IMG/VR virus record: IMGVR_UViG_3300032277_000031
Location: 1-36,794 of that record
Length of the DNA stretch: 36,794 bases
Reading direction: 5' to 3' (one strand)
DNA from: a virus
Lineage: Duplodnaviria; Caudoviricetes
Translations under genes and position numbers: made by a program
Part shown: one piece after another, positions 1 to 9,190 of the stretch
How the letters are laid out: every line of letters starts with the position of its first letter
Position numbering within the stretch: position 1 is the stretch's first letter
Notes under the pieces: generated by a model
The model's input: the letters and a program-made list of their open reading frames with translations, nothing else
Told to the model about the DNA's origin: nothing
Databases searched by the model: none

Positions 1-11
1 GGTGGAATTTG
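1..11. repeat. Left terminal copy of 11-bp repeat GGTGGAATTTG (probable cohesive end, cosN)
   Basis: Identical to 36784-36794; followed by CGCGGGT as in lambda cosN; lies about 360 bp upstream of the terminase small subunit. Confidence 0.85.
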
Positions 12-96
12 CGCGGGTCGTGCGAGTCCCTAAGATTTTATATAAAAACACTTTATGTCATGTCGGTTTTGATTTTTCCTAGTCAGTTTTCAATTT

Positions 97-126
97 ATAT
101 GACTCATTTTTTATATTGAGTCATAT
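97..126. promoter_or_regulatory. Inverted repeat ATATGACTCA-N10-TGAGTCATAT, possible terminase (cosB-like) or regulator site
   Basis: Perfect 10-bp arms at 97-106 and 117-126, close to the genome end. Confidence 0.4.
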
Positions 127-145
127 TTTTTTTAAGGTTCATATT

Positions 146-385
146 ATGAAAAAAACAAGCATGTCAATTAATGAGGTCGAACAACTTTTTATTGATCTTG
201 GTATTAAGAATAAAATTAAACAATATATTTCATGGTCTTATTTTTGCGGTAGTCGCTATGGCAATAGATTGTTAGTAGAAACAAAGCAGTTAGAAAAATT
301 TAAGCAAATAGTTACAACCACCAAAAATAAAAAAAATTTAAATTTATATATTGGTGAGTATTTAAGGGTTAACGATGGCTGGTAA
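146..385 (+). CDS. Hypothetical protein
   Basis: ORF track 116..385; ATG at 146 is preceded by AAGG; overlaps the terS start. Confidence 0.5.
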   Translation: MKKTSMSINEVEQLFIDLGIKNKIKQYISWSYFCGSRYGNRLLVETKQLEKFKQIVTTTKNKKNLNLYIGEYLRVNDGW

Positions 386-902
386 ATTCAGAATCTCTAA
401 AAAATGTATTGCTTCTGATTTAGCCGAGCTATTAGGAGAGAGCCCGCGCAATATGAGATTTTTTGCAAGTAAGGGAATGCCAAGAGATGAATCGAATTTA
501 TATTTAGTTCGTCCAAGTATTATTTGGTATATCTCCCACCTAAAACAACAGGCAAAACGGAAACCCGACAAACCCGACAAACCCGACAAAAAAACAGATT
601 TACAAATGCTAAAAATAGAATCTGAAATAAGGCTTAATAAAGCGCGTGCCGATAAAGAGGAAATTTCATCTAAGCAAATTAAAAAAGAATTAATCAATTA
701 TCAACAGACTCAATCAGCGGTAAGGGAAATAATAGGAACATTAAAAAAAAGTATGCTGTCGCTGTCAACCTCTGTAAGTTCGGAACTAGTGGTGGAAGAA
801 AACCCAGCGGTCATTAAAAGGATACTTGACGATAAAGTTAGAGAGATTTTCTCTAATGCCAAAAATGAGCTAGAAAAAATAGCAAGGCTTGATAATGTAT
901 AA
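375..902 (+). CDS. terS: Terminase small subunit (lambda Nu1-like)
   Basis: N-terminal winged-HTH pattern (ASDLAELLGESPRNMRFFASKGMP), coiled coil (RLNKARADKEEI), directly upstream of the large terminase. Confidence 0.88.
   Translation: MAGKFRISKKCIASDLAELLGESPRNMRFFASKGMPRDESNLYLVRPSIIWYISHLKQQAKRKPDKPDKPDKKTDLQMLKIESEIRLNKARADKEEISSKQIKKELINYQQTQSAVREIIGTLKKSMLSLSTSVSSELVVEENPAVIKRILDDKVREIFSNAKNELEKIARLDNV
561..590 (+). repeat. Tandem 9-bp repeat (AAACCCGAC)x3 encoding KPDKPDKPD in terS
   Basis: Seen directly: aaacccgacaaacccgacaaacccgacaaa. Confidence 0.9.
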
Positions 903-2691
903 AACGGCTTCTGATTTACTTATTGATACATCAAGTTTTTTAGAAATACCACCTATTAGAAATTGTTGCGAATGGGCAAAAGAAAAAAGAATAATGGCGG
1001 GTAATGAAAAATTTGATTCTTCTAAAACTCCATATATAGAACCCATAGCAAGGGCTACCATCAATCCCAATTTTGAAGAGATTGTAGGCTGGTTAATGTC
1101 ACAAGGTGGAAAAACAGAGCTTACATTAAATATTGGTGGTCATCTAATTTCCGAGATACCAAACCCCATTACTTTTGCATTTCCAAATAAAAAACTTGCC
1201 GAGTCAATGAGTAAAGATAGATTTGATAACATGGCTAAAAATAGTTTTCCCCATCTATTGGACACTCATAAAAACGGAACCATTTATGAGAAGTTTTACA
1301 ATGGAACGGTGGTTAGATTTATTTGGACATCCTCAGCTAATGAGGTATGCATGCACCCCGTTTGCTATGTTGTAGTAGATGAGTTGGACAGACATAAAAA
1401 CATAAAAGGAGAGGGAGACCCATTAGAGCTACTTAAAAGTAGAATGGTAACTTTCATTGATTCTAAAATTATTATGATTTCTTCACCTCTAATAGAGGGA
1501 GTTTCTAAAATTCAAAAAAACTGGAAAAAGGGAACCCGATATATATATTGCTTTGTTTGCTCATCTTGTAGGCTTCCATTTGAACCTAAGTTTGATCTTT
1601 TGGAGTTTGGCAATAAAACTAATAATTTTGATGATAGTTTTATTTTATGCCCTAATTGCGAAAAGCAAATAAAAAATAAAGAGAGATTGATTTTATTACA
1701 GAAATCAAGCCTTTATTTGTGTGAGGAAGATTTAGAGAATAAGCCAAGAATAACAGACATTCCAAACGATAGAATATTTAGGCACGTAGAAGGAAACAAG
1801 ATAGGTAGCTTTCGCGTAAATGGTTTATTCTCTCCTTTTCAAACCTTGGGAAAGATGGTTAGAAGGTATAATACAGCGATGGAGGATGACCAAAACAGGC
1901 AACACTCGGTGCAATCTGTTATAAATACTGTATTTGGCCAGACTTGGAAAATTAAAACAAAGGAAATTAAAACAGAAGATGTAAAAGAAAAGTGTTGCGC
2001 TAATTATAAACGTGGTGAGGTTCCAGAAAAGCTTTCTTTAGTTGTTGGTGCAGATATTCAAAAGAGGGGGATTTTCTGGGTTTGCAGAGGATTTGCAAAA
2101 GATAAAAAAGGAACCTCCTACCTTATAGATTATGGATTTGTCTCTGGTGATACTCTTCATGATGAGACTTGGAAAGAGTTTTACCAGACGGTGATAAAGT
2201 CCACTTATGGAGAGAAAAGGCAGTTCATAAGGAAATCGGGCATTGACTCCGGCTATAGGTGTGATGAGGTATATATTTTTTGCGAAAATAAAAACCATAA
2301 GTCTATTCCCACTAAAGGAGTAGGGAAAAGCGGTAGCGCATACAAGTTTAGCAATCAAGAATTAAAGATAAGGGGTAAGCAAAGAAAAATTAATTGCAAT
2401 ATAATGTTAGTTTCTGATAGAATTATTAAAGAAACTATATTTTCTAGGATAGAAAAAGACATAGACGAATGCGGAAGTTTTCTTTTACCTAGTGATATAG
2501 ACGACTATTATATTAGGCAGTTGACAGCCGAAGCACCTTTCGACGACGACGACGGCGTTAACTTTGTTAAAATAAGAGATGAAAACCACCTTTTAGACTG
2601 CGAAGTTATTTGTTTTGCTATTGGCTATTATTACTTGCGTCTACATAAACAAAAAACATCGAACAATGAAAGAAAAATAGAAGAGGTTTAA
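895..2691 (+). CDS. terL: Terminase large subunit, lambda gpA family
   Basis: Walker A SQGGKTE, Walker B VVVDELDR, ISSP motif, CxxC...CPNC zinc knuckle, nuclease motifs GADIQ / IDSGY / NHLLDCE. Confidence 0.95.
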   Translation: MYKTASDLLIDTSSFLEIPPIRNCCEWAKEKRIMAGNEKFDSSKTPYIEPIARATINPNFEEIVGWLMSQGGKTELTLNIGGHLISEIPNPITFAFPNKKLAESMSKDRFDNMAKNSFPHLLDTHKNGTIYEKFYNGTVVRFIWTSSANEVCMHPVCYVVVDELDRHKNIKGEGDPLELLKSRMVTFIDSKIIMISSPLIEGVSKIQKNWKKGTRYIYCFVCSSCRLPFEPKFDLLEFGNKTNNFDDSFILCPNCEKQIKNKERLILLQKSSLYLCEEDLENKPRITDIPNDRIFRHVEGNKIGSFRVNGLFSPFQTLGKMVRRYNTAMEDDQNRQHSVQSVINTVFGQTWKIKTKEIKTEDVKEKCCANYKRGEVPEKLSLVVGADIQKRGIFWVCRGFAKDKKGTSYLIDYGFVSGDTLHDETWKEFYQTVIKSTYGEKRQFIRKSGIDSGYRCDEVYIFCENKNHKSIPTKGVGKSGSAYKFSNQELKIRGKQRKINCNIMLVSDRIIKETIFSRIEKDIDECGSFLLPSDIDDYYIRQLTAEAPFDDDDGVNFVKIRDENHLLDCEVICFAIGYYYLRLHKQKTSNNERKIEEV

Positions 2692-2693
2692 TC

Positions 2694-2900
2694 ATGGTAT
2701 CAGTTTCTAGGAAAGAAGAGTTAAAAACAGAAAGAGACTTATTGCTGAAGTATTATCATATATCTCTTAAGGCTAAGGTTGTTAAAGGCTCTGGTGGTGA
2801 TGAAATACAACTAAACGAACCTTCATTTTATCTAAAAAGAATTTCCCAAATTGATAAAATTCTTGCTGGCAGGGTAAGAGCAAGAAGGGGTATTAGTTAA
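2694..2900 (+). CDS. Head-tail joining protein (gpW-like)
   Basis: 68-aa basic protein between terL and portal, the position of lambda W; helix-hairpin-helix pattern. Confidence 0.65.
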   Translation: MVSVSRKEELKTERDLLLKYYHISLKAKVVKGSGGDEIQLNEPSFYLKRISQIDKILAGRVRARRGIS

Positions 2901-4453
2901 TGAAAATAAATTTTTTAGAAAAGGTTATTTCTATTATTAGCCCTAAGACAGCTTTTACAAGAGAGGTGCAAAGGCAGAAAATAAAAGCAATAACAGATAA
3001 CGAAATAGTGGATAGCTCATCATTTCAAGAATCTACGCTAAGAAGGTTTAATCCACCATTAGATAAACCAAAAACATATATGAATAGGTCAGTATTAAAT
3101 ATAACATCGGCTAGGATTCAGAAATTATATTGGTCTGGCACTACAGCAAAGATTATTATTGATGGTATAGTTTCAAATGTTGTGGGTGAAGGAATAAAGG
3201 TTAAGTCTGTTCCAGACCATGAAACGCTAGGGTTAACCAGAGATGAGGCGCGCAAGCTTGGGGAAAGAATAACTAAAAACTTTTCCTCATGGTGTTTAAG
3301 TAATGAATCTGATTTAATGGGCGAGGATTCATTTTTTCAACAAACAATAACAGCTTATACCACTTATCATATTTTTGGTGAATTTTTCTTTAGAATAACC
3401 GTGGAAAATACAAAATATGGAGATATTCCAAAACTTTATCTTGTTTCGCCTGATAGGGTAAAAAACCCTACATCAACAAATGAAAAATTAAACATTAATT
3501 CTAAAGAAAAAAAAGTTATAAATGGAATAGAATTTGATCAAAATAATAAAGCAACTCATTACCATATCTGTTTAGATGATAACCCCAATTCTTTTTTATC
3601 TGAAACGCAACGTTTCGGTATTTATGGAGAAGAAAGCAAGGAGAGGGTTATTTTTCATTTCTTGGAAAGAAAAATAATTGAACAAATAAGGGGTATTTCT
3701 CCTTTAGCGGCCTGTTTAGCTTCTATAGTAAATTTAGAAAAGTATAAAAAAGCAGAAAGAACGGCGGCCGTGCAACAGGGAAATTTAACATTTACGATAA
3801 AAACAGACGAAGAACTGGAAGAGGACGAAGATTTTTTTGACGATGAAGAATCTAAAAAATTAAAGAAAAGTGGAGTTATGGAAAAAAATTCCACTAAAAT
3901 TAAAGAGGCTACTTTTGTAGAAATAAAGGGCAATGAAGAGGTTAAAATGCTTCAGCCTAGCAGACCTAATGCGCAATATAAGCCATATTTAATGGCAGAG
4001 TGGCAAGAAATAGCAGCCTCAATAGAAGTTCCATTTGAAGTTTTATTAATGTTTTTTTCTGCTTCTTATTCAGCGTCAAGAGGCGCGGTAACTCTTTCTG
4101 ATAGGTCATTTGACCTAAAAAGAAATAAGTTTGGTAATGGATTTATTTTTCCATTCTATCAAGCATTATTTGAAATAGATTTAGAGGGTGGTTTATATCC
4201 AGAGATTGACAAAGAATTATATTTTGATAATTTAACCTATAGGTCAGCCGTTCTAGGAGTTGAATATAGCTCTCTTAGAAGAAAAGATATTGACGGACTA
4301 AAATCAGCAAAAGCGGCTGGTGAGAGAATATTAAGAAAAATAACGTCTATTGGACATGAACAACGGGAAGCAGGGCTAGACCCTGATTTAATGAAAGCAG
4401 AAATTAAAGAGGAAGAAAAATTTTATTGTAAAGAGGTGCAACAGAATGTTTAA
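2900..4453 (+). CDS. Portal protein, lambda family
   Basis: NVVGEG, GEFF, INGIEFD, QIRGISPL, SYSASR motifs; 517 aa; synteny. Confidence 0.95.
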   Translation: MKINFLEKVISIISPKTAFTREVQRQKIKAITDNEIVDSSSFQESTLRRFNPPLDKPKTYMNRSVLNITSARIQKLYWSGTTAKIIIDGIVSNVVGEGIKVKSVPDHETLGLTRDEARKLGERITKNFSSWCLSNESDLMGEDSFFQQTITAYTTYHIFGEFFFRITVENTKYGDIPKLYLVSPDRVKNPTSTNEKLNINSKEKKVINGIEFDQNNKATHYHICLDDNPNSFLSETQRFGIYGEESKERVIFHFLERKIIEQIRGISPLAACLASIVNLEKYKKAERTAAVQQGNLTFTIKTDEELEEDEDFFDDEESKKLKKSGVMEKNSTKIKEATFVEIKGNEEVKMLQPSRPNAQYKPYLMAEWQEIAASIEVPFEVLLMFFSASYSASRGAVTLSDRSFDLKRNKFGNGFIFPFYQALFEIDLEGGLYPEIDKELYFDNLTYRSAVLGVEYSSLRRKDIDGLKSAKAAGERILRKITSIGHEQREAGLDPDLMKAEIKEEEKFYCKEVQQNV

Positions 4454-5720
4454 TAAACCAATGCTTGTTAGTCGGGGGTTTGTTTCTAGTCTCAAGACTA
4501 ATGTCAAATTTCTTTCATTTATTCAAGATAAACCACTCACAAGAAAACAGTCGTTAAGCTGGCTTTTTGATGATGATTACAAGGCCAAAAATTTTGAGAG
4601 GATAACTCAAGTTGTAGGAAGTAATGCTTTTATATCAATAGAGGGCTTAATTGTTCACAAGGAAAGCTGGTGGAGTGCTTTTTTTAATGAAATATCCACT
4701 GTAACAATAACTGATGCAATACAGGCATGTATTGATAATAAGTCCATTGAGAAAATTTATCTAGTTATTGACTCCCATGGTGGTGAGGTTGACGGAATTA
4801 GCAATCTTGCTAATTTTATTAAGGCTAACAATAAAAAGAAAAAAATATGCGCTGTTGTTACTGCAATGTGCGCAAGCGCGGCCTATTGGGTTGCGTCTGC
4901 TTGTGATAAAATTTACACTACAGAAGAAACAAACCAAGTAGGTTCGATAGGTGTTATTTTTATTCATTTTTCATATGAAGATTCTTTAAAAAAAGAAGGT
5001 GTTATTGTTTCTCATATCCAACATGGGGAATTAAAATCAACTGGAAGTAAATTTAAGCACCTTAAAGGAAAAGAACTTTTAGAGTTGCAAAAACAAGTTG
5101 ATTCGGTAGGAGAAATTTTTACAAAATTTGTTTCAGAATCAAGAAAAATTGATCAAGAGAAAATAAAAAATTTAGAGGCTGCTATTTTTTTATCAAATGA
5201 ATCTTTGATAAACGGGCTAACAGATGGTAATATTAATATTAGAGATTTAAAAAAAGTCCAAAAAAAGAAAGGTTATTATATGGAAATCACTAACGAGAAA
5301 ATTTTAGCTTTCAAAGAAGATCAACCCGAAATGTATGCCGCTTTAATGGCAAAAGGTAAAGCTAAAACCGAAAAATCAGTTTACAAAGAAGCTAAAGATA
5401 AGGGCGTAAAAGAAGAATCTGACAGACAAACAGCGATCAGAAGTAGTTGCCCAAAGGGAATGGAAGCCCTAGCAGATGAATTTTGTAAAAATACGTCAAT
5501 TACAGCTTCAGAAGCAAAGTTGAAATTTGCAGAAAAAATAATTGAAAATGCAAAAAAAGCAGAATCAAGCCTTAAAAATAAAAATAAAAAATTCAAAAAA
5601 GACACTAACAAGCAAATTGCAACTGCTAAGCCTAAAGAAACAAGCGATGATGACAAAGAAAAAGTTGTATTGAGTAGTAAATTTACTAAAAAATTTACTA
5701 CTCTTGCAGAAGTTTTTTAA
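4446..5720 (+). CDS. Prohead protease, S49 family (lambda gpC-like), with C-terminal scaffold region
   Basis: IDSHGGEV, MCASAAYWVAS, VGSIGV motifs of S49 peptidases; charged helical C-terminus. Confidence 0.93.
   Translation: MFNKPMLVSRGFVSSLKTNVKFLSFIQDKPLTRKQSLSWLFDDDYKAKNFERITQVVGSNAFISIEGLIVHKESWWSAFFNEISTVTITDAIQACIDNKSIEKIYLVIDSHGGEVDGISNLANFIKANNKKKKICAVVTAMCASAAYWVASACDKIYTTEETNQVGSIGVIFIHFSYEDSLKKEGVIVSHIQHGELKSTGSKFKHLKGKELLELQKQVDSVGEIFTKFVSESRKIDQEKIKNLEAAIFLSNESLINGLTDGNINIRDLKKVQKKKGYYMEITNEKILAFKEDQPEMYAALMAKGKAKTEKSVYKEAKDKGVKEESDRQTAIRSSCPKGMEALADEFCKNTSITASEAKLKFAEKIIENAKKAESSLKNKNKKFKKDTNKQIATAKPKETSDDDKEKVVLSSKFTKKFTTLAEVF
5280..5720 (+). CDS. Nested in-frame scaffold protein (lambda Nu3-like)
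   Basis: In-frame ATG at 5280 preceded by AAAGAAAGGTT; composition switches to a charged helical sequence at this point. Confidence 0.7.
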   Translation: MEITNEKILAFKEDQPEMYAALMAKGKAKTEKSVYKEAKDKGVKEESDRQTAIRSSCPKGMEALADEFCKNTSITASEAKLKFAEKIIENAKKAESSLKNKNKKFKKDTNKQIATAKPKETSDDDKEKVVLSSKFTKKFTTLAEVF

Positions 5721-5779
5721 TCAAAAAAAAATTTAAATCGTTTTAAAATAAAACTACATTTAATGAGGTAATGAAAAAA

Positions 5780-6418
5780 ATGACTTTAGAAACAAGAACC
5801 TATAATAGCTTTATGTCAGACATTAAAGCAGTTGAGCCGGTAACAGTACCAGAAAGCCAAACATTAGTTGCCGGTACTGTTTTAGGAAAAATAAATAACT
5901 CAATCGCCGCGCCAGTTGGAGCAGCTGACGGTGGTAACATTGGCGATGCAACAATCGGTAGTATAACGGTAGGAACTAAAGCAAAGGTGGGGGTTTATAA
6001 CGTAAACTTCCTAATGGCAGATGGTGTAAATATTGGTCTGTTTGAGGTTTTAGACCCTGATAATAAAAAAATCGGTATTGCTTCTGTTGGTGTTGCTTTT
6101 ACTAGCGAGCATGTTAATTTTACTATCTCCGCTGGTGCAGCTGCTAGTGCAGATGGGGACACGTTTACCGTAACTGTTTTAACTAATGCCGATGCTGGAA
6201 AGTATATCAAGGCTGTAAAAGCTGCAACCGATGGTAGTAGCCAGCCAGTAGGGGTTTTGACTGAAGATGTTACAACCGCTGTTAGTGAAGAAAAAGAAGC
6301 AACTTTATTAATTGCTGGCAATGTTGCTAGTAATAAGTTAACATTTGGCACAGGATGGACAGCCGCAAACACAAAAGAAGATTTTAGAAAGCTTGGAATT
6401 TTTTACACAAATAGCTAA
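5780..6418 (+). CDS. Head decoration protein (gpD-like) with inserted beta-rich domain
   Basis: LVAGTVLGK ... DGSSQPVGVL ... LRKLGI-like gpD motifs flanking an insertion of about 100 aa; GAGGT RBS spacing favours ATG 5780 over 5771. Confidence 0.85.
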   Translation: MTLETRTYNSFMSDIKAVEPVTVPESQTLVAGTVLGKINNSIAAPVGAADGGNIGDATIGSITVGTKAKVGVYNVNFLMADGVNIGLFEVLDPDNKKIGIASVGVAFTSEHVNFTISAGAAASADGDTFTVTVLTNADAGKYIKAVKAATDGSSQPVGVLTEDVTTAVSEEKEATLLIAGNVASNKLTFGTGWTAANTKEDFRKLGIFYTNS

Positions 6419-6482
6419 TTTATAACTATTTGCTTTAATTATTCTATGTAAAATAAAAAAAACTAATTGGAGATTTTTAAAC

Positions 6483-7508
6483 ATGCCTTTTGAAACATCA
6501 TTTGTTGCAGATATACAAAGTCAACTTGTAATACCTCAACCATTATATCAGCAATTATTTTTCCCTAACACAGAGGATAGAATTGCCCTTTTCCATACGG
6601 AGAAAGTAATTGTAAAATTGCTTTATAGGGCTAGACAAGCTGCAAGATATGTAGCAGCTGACCAAGAAGCAGAAATAAGTGAAAGAGGGAAATATGAAAA
6701 AAGAACTTTTGACACTCCCTATATTAAGGAAAAGAGATTAACTCAAGCTGGGGAGTATCTCAAAGAAGGTTTTATTGATTCTGAGTTTTCTACTAAAACT
6801 CCACTAAAAAAAGCTTCTGATATGTTGGCACAAGACATGCTAGAGTTAGCAAGCCTTTTAACCTTAGTTAAAGAATTACAAGCTAAAGCTTTACTAGGCA
6901 ATGGTTCGATGACTTTAACAGGAAAAAAGGTTAATATTACAATTGATTATGGAATGCCCGCTGCAAACAAAATAACATTGACTGGTGCCGATAGATGGAG
7001 CGAGTCAACATCTAAGCCATTAGAAGATTTGAGAAACGTTAGAAAAATAATTTCTCGCGCTTCTGGTTTAAATCCGTCTATTGCAATTTTTGGTTCTTCT
7101 GCTTGGGATAATTTTTCTGGTCATGCAGATATAAAAGAGAGACTAAAAATTATTCAAACAACGGCTAAACCTATAAAGTTTGATCATGTAATTATGCCGG
7201 ATGGGGCTATCTATCAAGGATATGTAGAAGGATATCATTGCTTTACTTATTATGATAAATACGTTGATGAGGCTGGCTCAGATCAAGATTTGATGGACGA
7301 ACACGACGTGTTTTTCGGTTCTACCAAAGCGGAAACTAAAACATATTATGGATGCATCCAAGACAAGAAGGCATTAACGCCAATGGATGTATTTTTTAAG
7401 ACATGGGAAATTGAAGACCCTAGTGCGGATGTTTTATTAATGCAGTCAGCACCATTATTAGGAATGACCCAAGCAAACGGATTTGGTAAACTATTAACAT
7501 ATAGCTAA
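6483..7508 (+). CDS. Major capsid protein, lambda gpE family
   Basis: FDTPYIKEK, IDYG, W...PLEDL, LLMQSAPL motifs; 341 aa; follows decoration gene. Confidence 0.93.
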   Translation: MPFETSFVADIQSQLVIPQPLYQQLFFPNTEDRIALFHTEKVIVKLLYRARQAARYVAADQEAEISERGKYEKRTFDTPYIKEKRLTQAGEYLKEGFIDSEFSTKTPLKKASDMLAQDMLELASLLTLVKELQAKALLGNGSMTLTGKKVNITIDYGMPAANKITLTGADRWSESTSKPLEDLRNVRKIISRASGLNPSIAIFGSSAWDNFSGHADIKERLKIIQTTAKPIKFDHVIMPDGAIYQGYVEGYHCFTYYDKYVDEAGSDQDLMDEHDVFFGSTKAETKTYYGCIQDKKALTPMDVFFKTWEIEDPSADVLLMQSAPLLGMTQANGFGKLLTYS

Positions 7509-7568
7509 TTTTTGATTTTTATTTATATTTTTTTCTTTTTTGTAAGAAAAATGGAGATTTTTAGAAAA

Positions 7569-7766
7569 ATGGAAGCAAGAGCAGTAAATACAATAAAATA
7601 TAATGGCGTTTATTATCTCCCTAGTGAATCTTTAGAAATGACAACAGAAGATGCTTATAAATATGCGGAACGTGGTGTTGTATCTGTAAAAGGGGGTAAT
7701 GAAAAACAAGAAATTACAAAAGTTAACGTTGATAAAATTGTTAAGAATAATAAAGGCAAAAAATAA
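7569..7766 (+). CDS. Small virion-associated protein (gpFI position)
   Basis: IKYNGVYYLPSESLEM...A...RGVV pattern is typical of small post-capsid genes; start uncertain (7551 or 7569). Confidence 0.55.
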   Translation: MEARAVNTIKYNGVYYLPSESLEMTTEDAYKYAERGVVSVKGGNEKQEITKVNVDKIVKNNKGKK

Positions 7767-7769
7767 AAA

Positions 7770-8096
7770 ATGTCTACTTTTAAAGAGGATTTCAAGGAGC
7801 TACAAAGCTTGCTTTTTGATGAAACCATTTTTGCAAACCCTGTTGTTTATACTCCCTTTGGTGGGAGTAGCTTTAATACTACTGCAAAAATGGATTCTCT
7901 TTTAACATCTAAGGAGGAAAGGAACGTGAATATTACTTATTCTGCTTTTTCTTTTCCTTCTAAAGATTTCTCAGCCCAGCCAGAGTATAAAGATAAATTT
8001 ACCTATTTGGGCGAAACTTGGAACGTTAGAAGCATTGCAGATAAAAACGTTTTCTCTTACAAGGTTGTTGCAGCTAAGGATTATAGAGGCTCTTAA
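7770..8096 (+). CDS. Head-tail joining protein (gpFII-like)
   Basis: 108-aa beta-rich protein (FANPVVYTP...GETWNV); synteny. Confidence 0.7.
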   Translation: MSTFKEDFKELQSLLFDETIFANPVVYTPFGGSSFNTTAKMDSLLTSKEERNVNITYSAFSFPSKDFSAQPEYKDKFTYLGETWNVRSIADKNVFSYKVVAAKDYRGS

Positions 8097-8097
8097 A

Positions 8098-8691
8098 ATG
8101 ATTAGCTTTGAAACTGATTCTAATGAGTTTATTATAACAGTAAAAGAAAAAGAAAAATTGCTTAAAAAGGCCAAAGTTTCTTCATTAAAAAGCACTGGTT
8201 ATTTTATTAGGGGGGAAATGAGAAAAGAAATTTCCACTTTTAAATTTAAGCAGAAGCAGCCGCCCGTATTTAAAGGTTTTTCTGGTAATAGAAAAAGTTC
8301 ATCGGGTATAAATCCTTGGGCTAGGAGTAATAGAGAAAAACCTTTTTCTTTTTTAAAGGACGTTGTGAGATATGGTTTAAAAAATGAAAATAATCTTATT
8401 ATTTTTTACTCTGGAAGCAGGGCAAAAAGTGCAAAGCCTAAAAGCGAAAAACAACTTTTAGAAATAATAGAAAGAGTTCAGAAAGGCAGAAATTACGCCG
8501 TAAACAATAAGATGCGTGGAATGATGGGTCTTGCTAGAAGAGTTAATAGAAATGTTATAATTGTTCCACGTAAAGAAACGAAAATCATAAAGGTTGAGGC
8601 TAGACCATTTGTAAGTCCAACATATCGAAAAATAAAAAATACTGCATTATCTTTTTATGAAAAAAGATATTTTGAAAAGATTATAAAATGA
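8098..8691 (+). CDS. Neck / tail completion protein (gpZ or HK97 gp10 position)
   Basis: Very basic protein with C-terminal ARPF motif; GAGG RBS before ATG 8098. Confidence 0.65.
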   Translation: MISFETDSNEFIITVKEKEKLLKKAKVSSLKSTGYFIRGEMRKEISTFKFKQKQPPVFKGFSGNRKSSSGINPWARSNREKPFSFLKDVVRYGLKNENNLIIFYSGSRAKSAKPKSEKQLLEIIERVQKGRNYAVNNKMRGMMGLARRVNRNVIIVPRKETKIIKVEARPFVSPTYRKIKNTALSFYEKRYFEKIIK

Positions 8692-9185
8692 CTCTCATTA
8701 ATGCAACTTCTAGTGAAGTGATAGAAAAATTAACAAATTTTCTAAAAAATGATTCTGAAATTGCGTATAAATCTACTGAATTATTTGGAAAAGTTTTCTC
8801 TTTACAAGTGGGTCTTGATCATGAAGATTTACCAGGTAAAAATAAATGCCCATGCGTTGTTATAAAATCAATACCAAGAACAGAAAACACATTACAGCAA
8901 AGCAACATAAGCTATCAAGCATTGATTTCTATTGTTGCTTATGATGAATCATCGGAAGTTTTAGAGGAAGTTTTAGCAACTGGTGTAAAAGTATATAAAT
9001 ATCAGGCTTTTGTTGATGTTGAAAAATTTAGGGAGTTTATAGAATATAAGATCATGGCAGAATCTGGAATCTCAGATATTGTTAGGAATTTTTCTGGAAC
9101 TCAAAGCGAAACATTAAAACCGCTTTGGATTTCTGAAACAGGAATTGACTTTACTTTTAAACAAAACTTTAGAAGAGGAATATAA
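8688..9185 (+). CDS. Tail terminator protein (putative)
   Basis: Acidic 165-aa protein with P..CP.V.I motif directly upstream of the tail tube gene. Confidence 0.6.
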   Translation: MTLINATSSEVIEKLTNFLKNDSEIAYKSTELFGKVFSLQVGLDHEDLPGKNKCPCVVIKSIPRTENTLQQSNISYQALISIVAYDESSEVLEEVLATGVKVYKYQAFVDVEKFREFIEYKIMAESGISDIVRNFSGTQSETLKPLWISETGIDFTFKQNFRRGI

Positions 9186-9190
9186 AAAAA

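Noticed and set aside
362-6372. Minus-strand ORFs opposite terminase, portal, protease and decoration genes
   Set aside because: Overlap well-supported plus-strand genes and show no family signatures
7543-7575. Short duplication AGAAAAATGGA giving two possible starts
   Set aside because: Likely local slippage in A-rich DNA; affects only start choice
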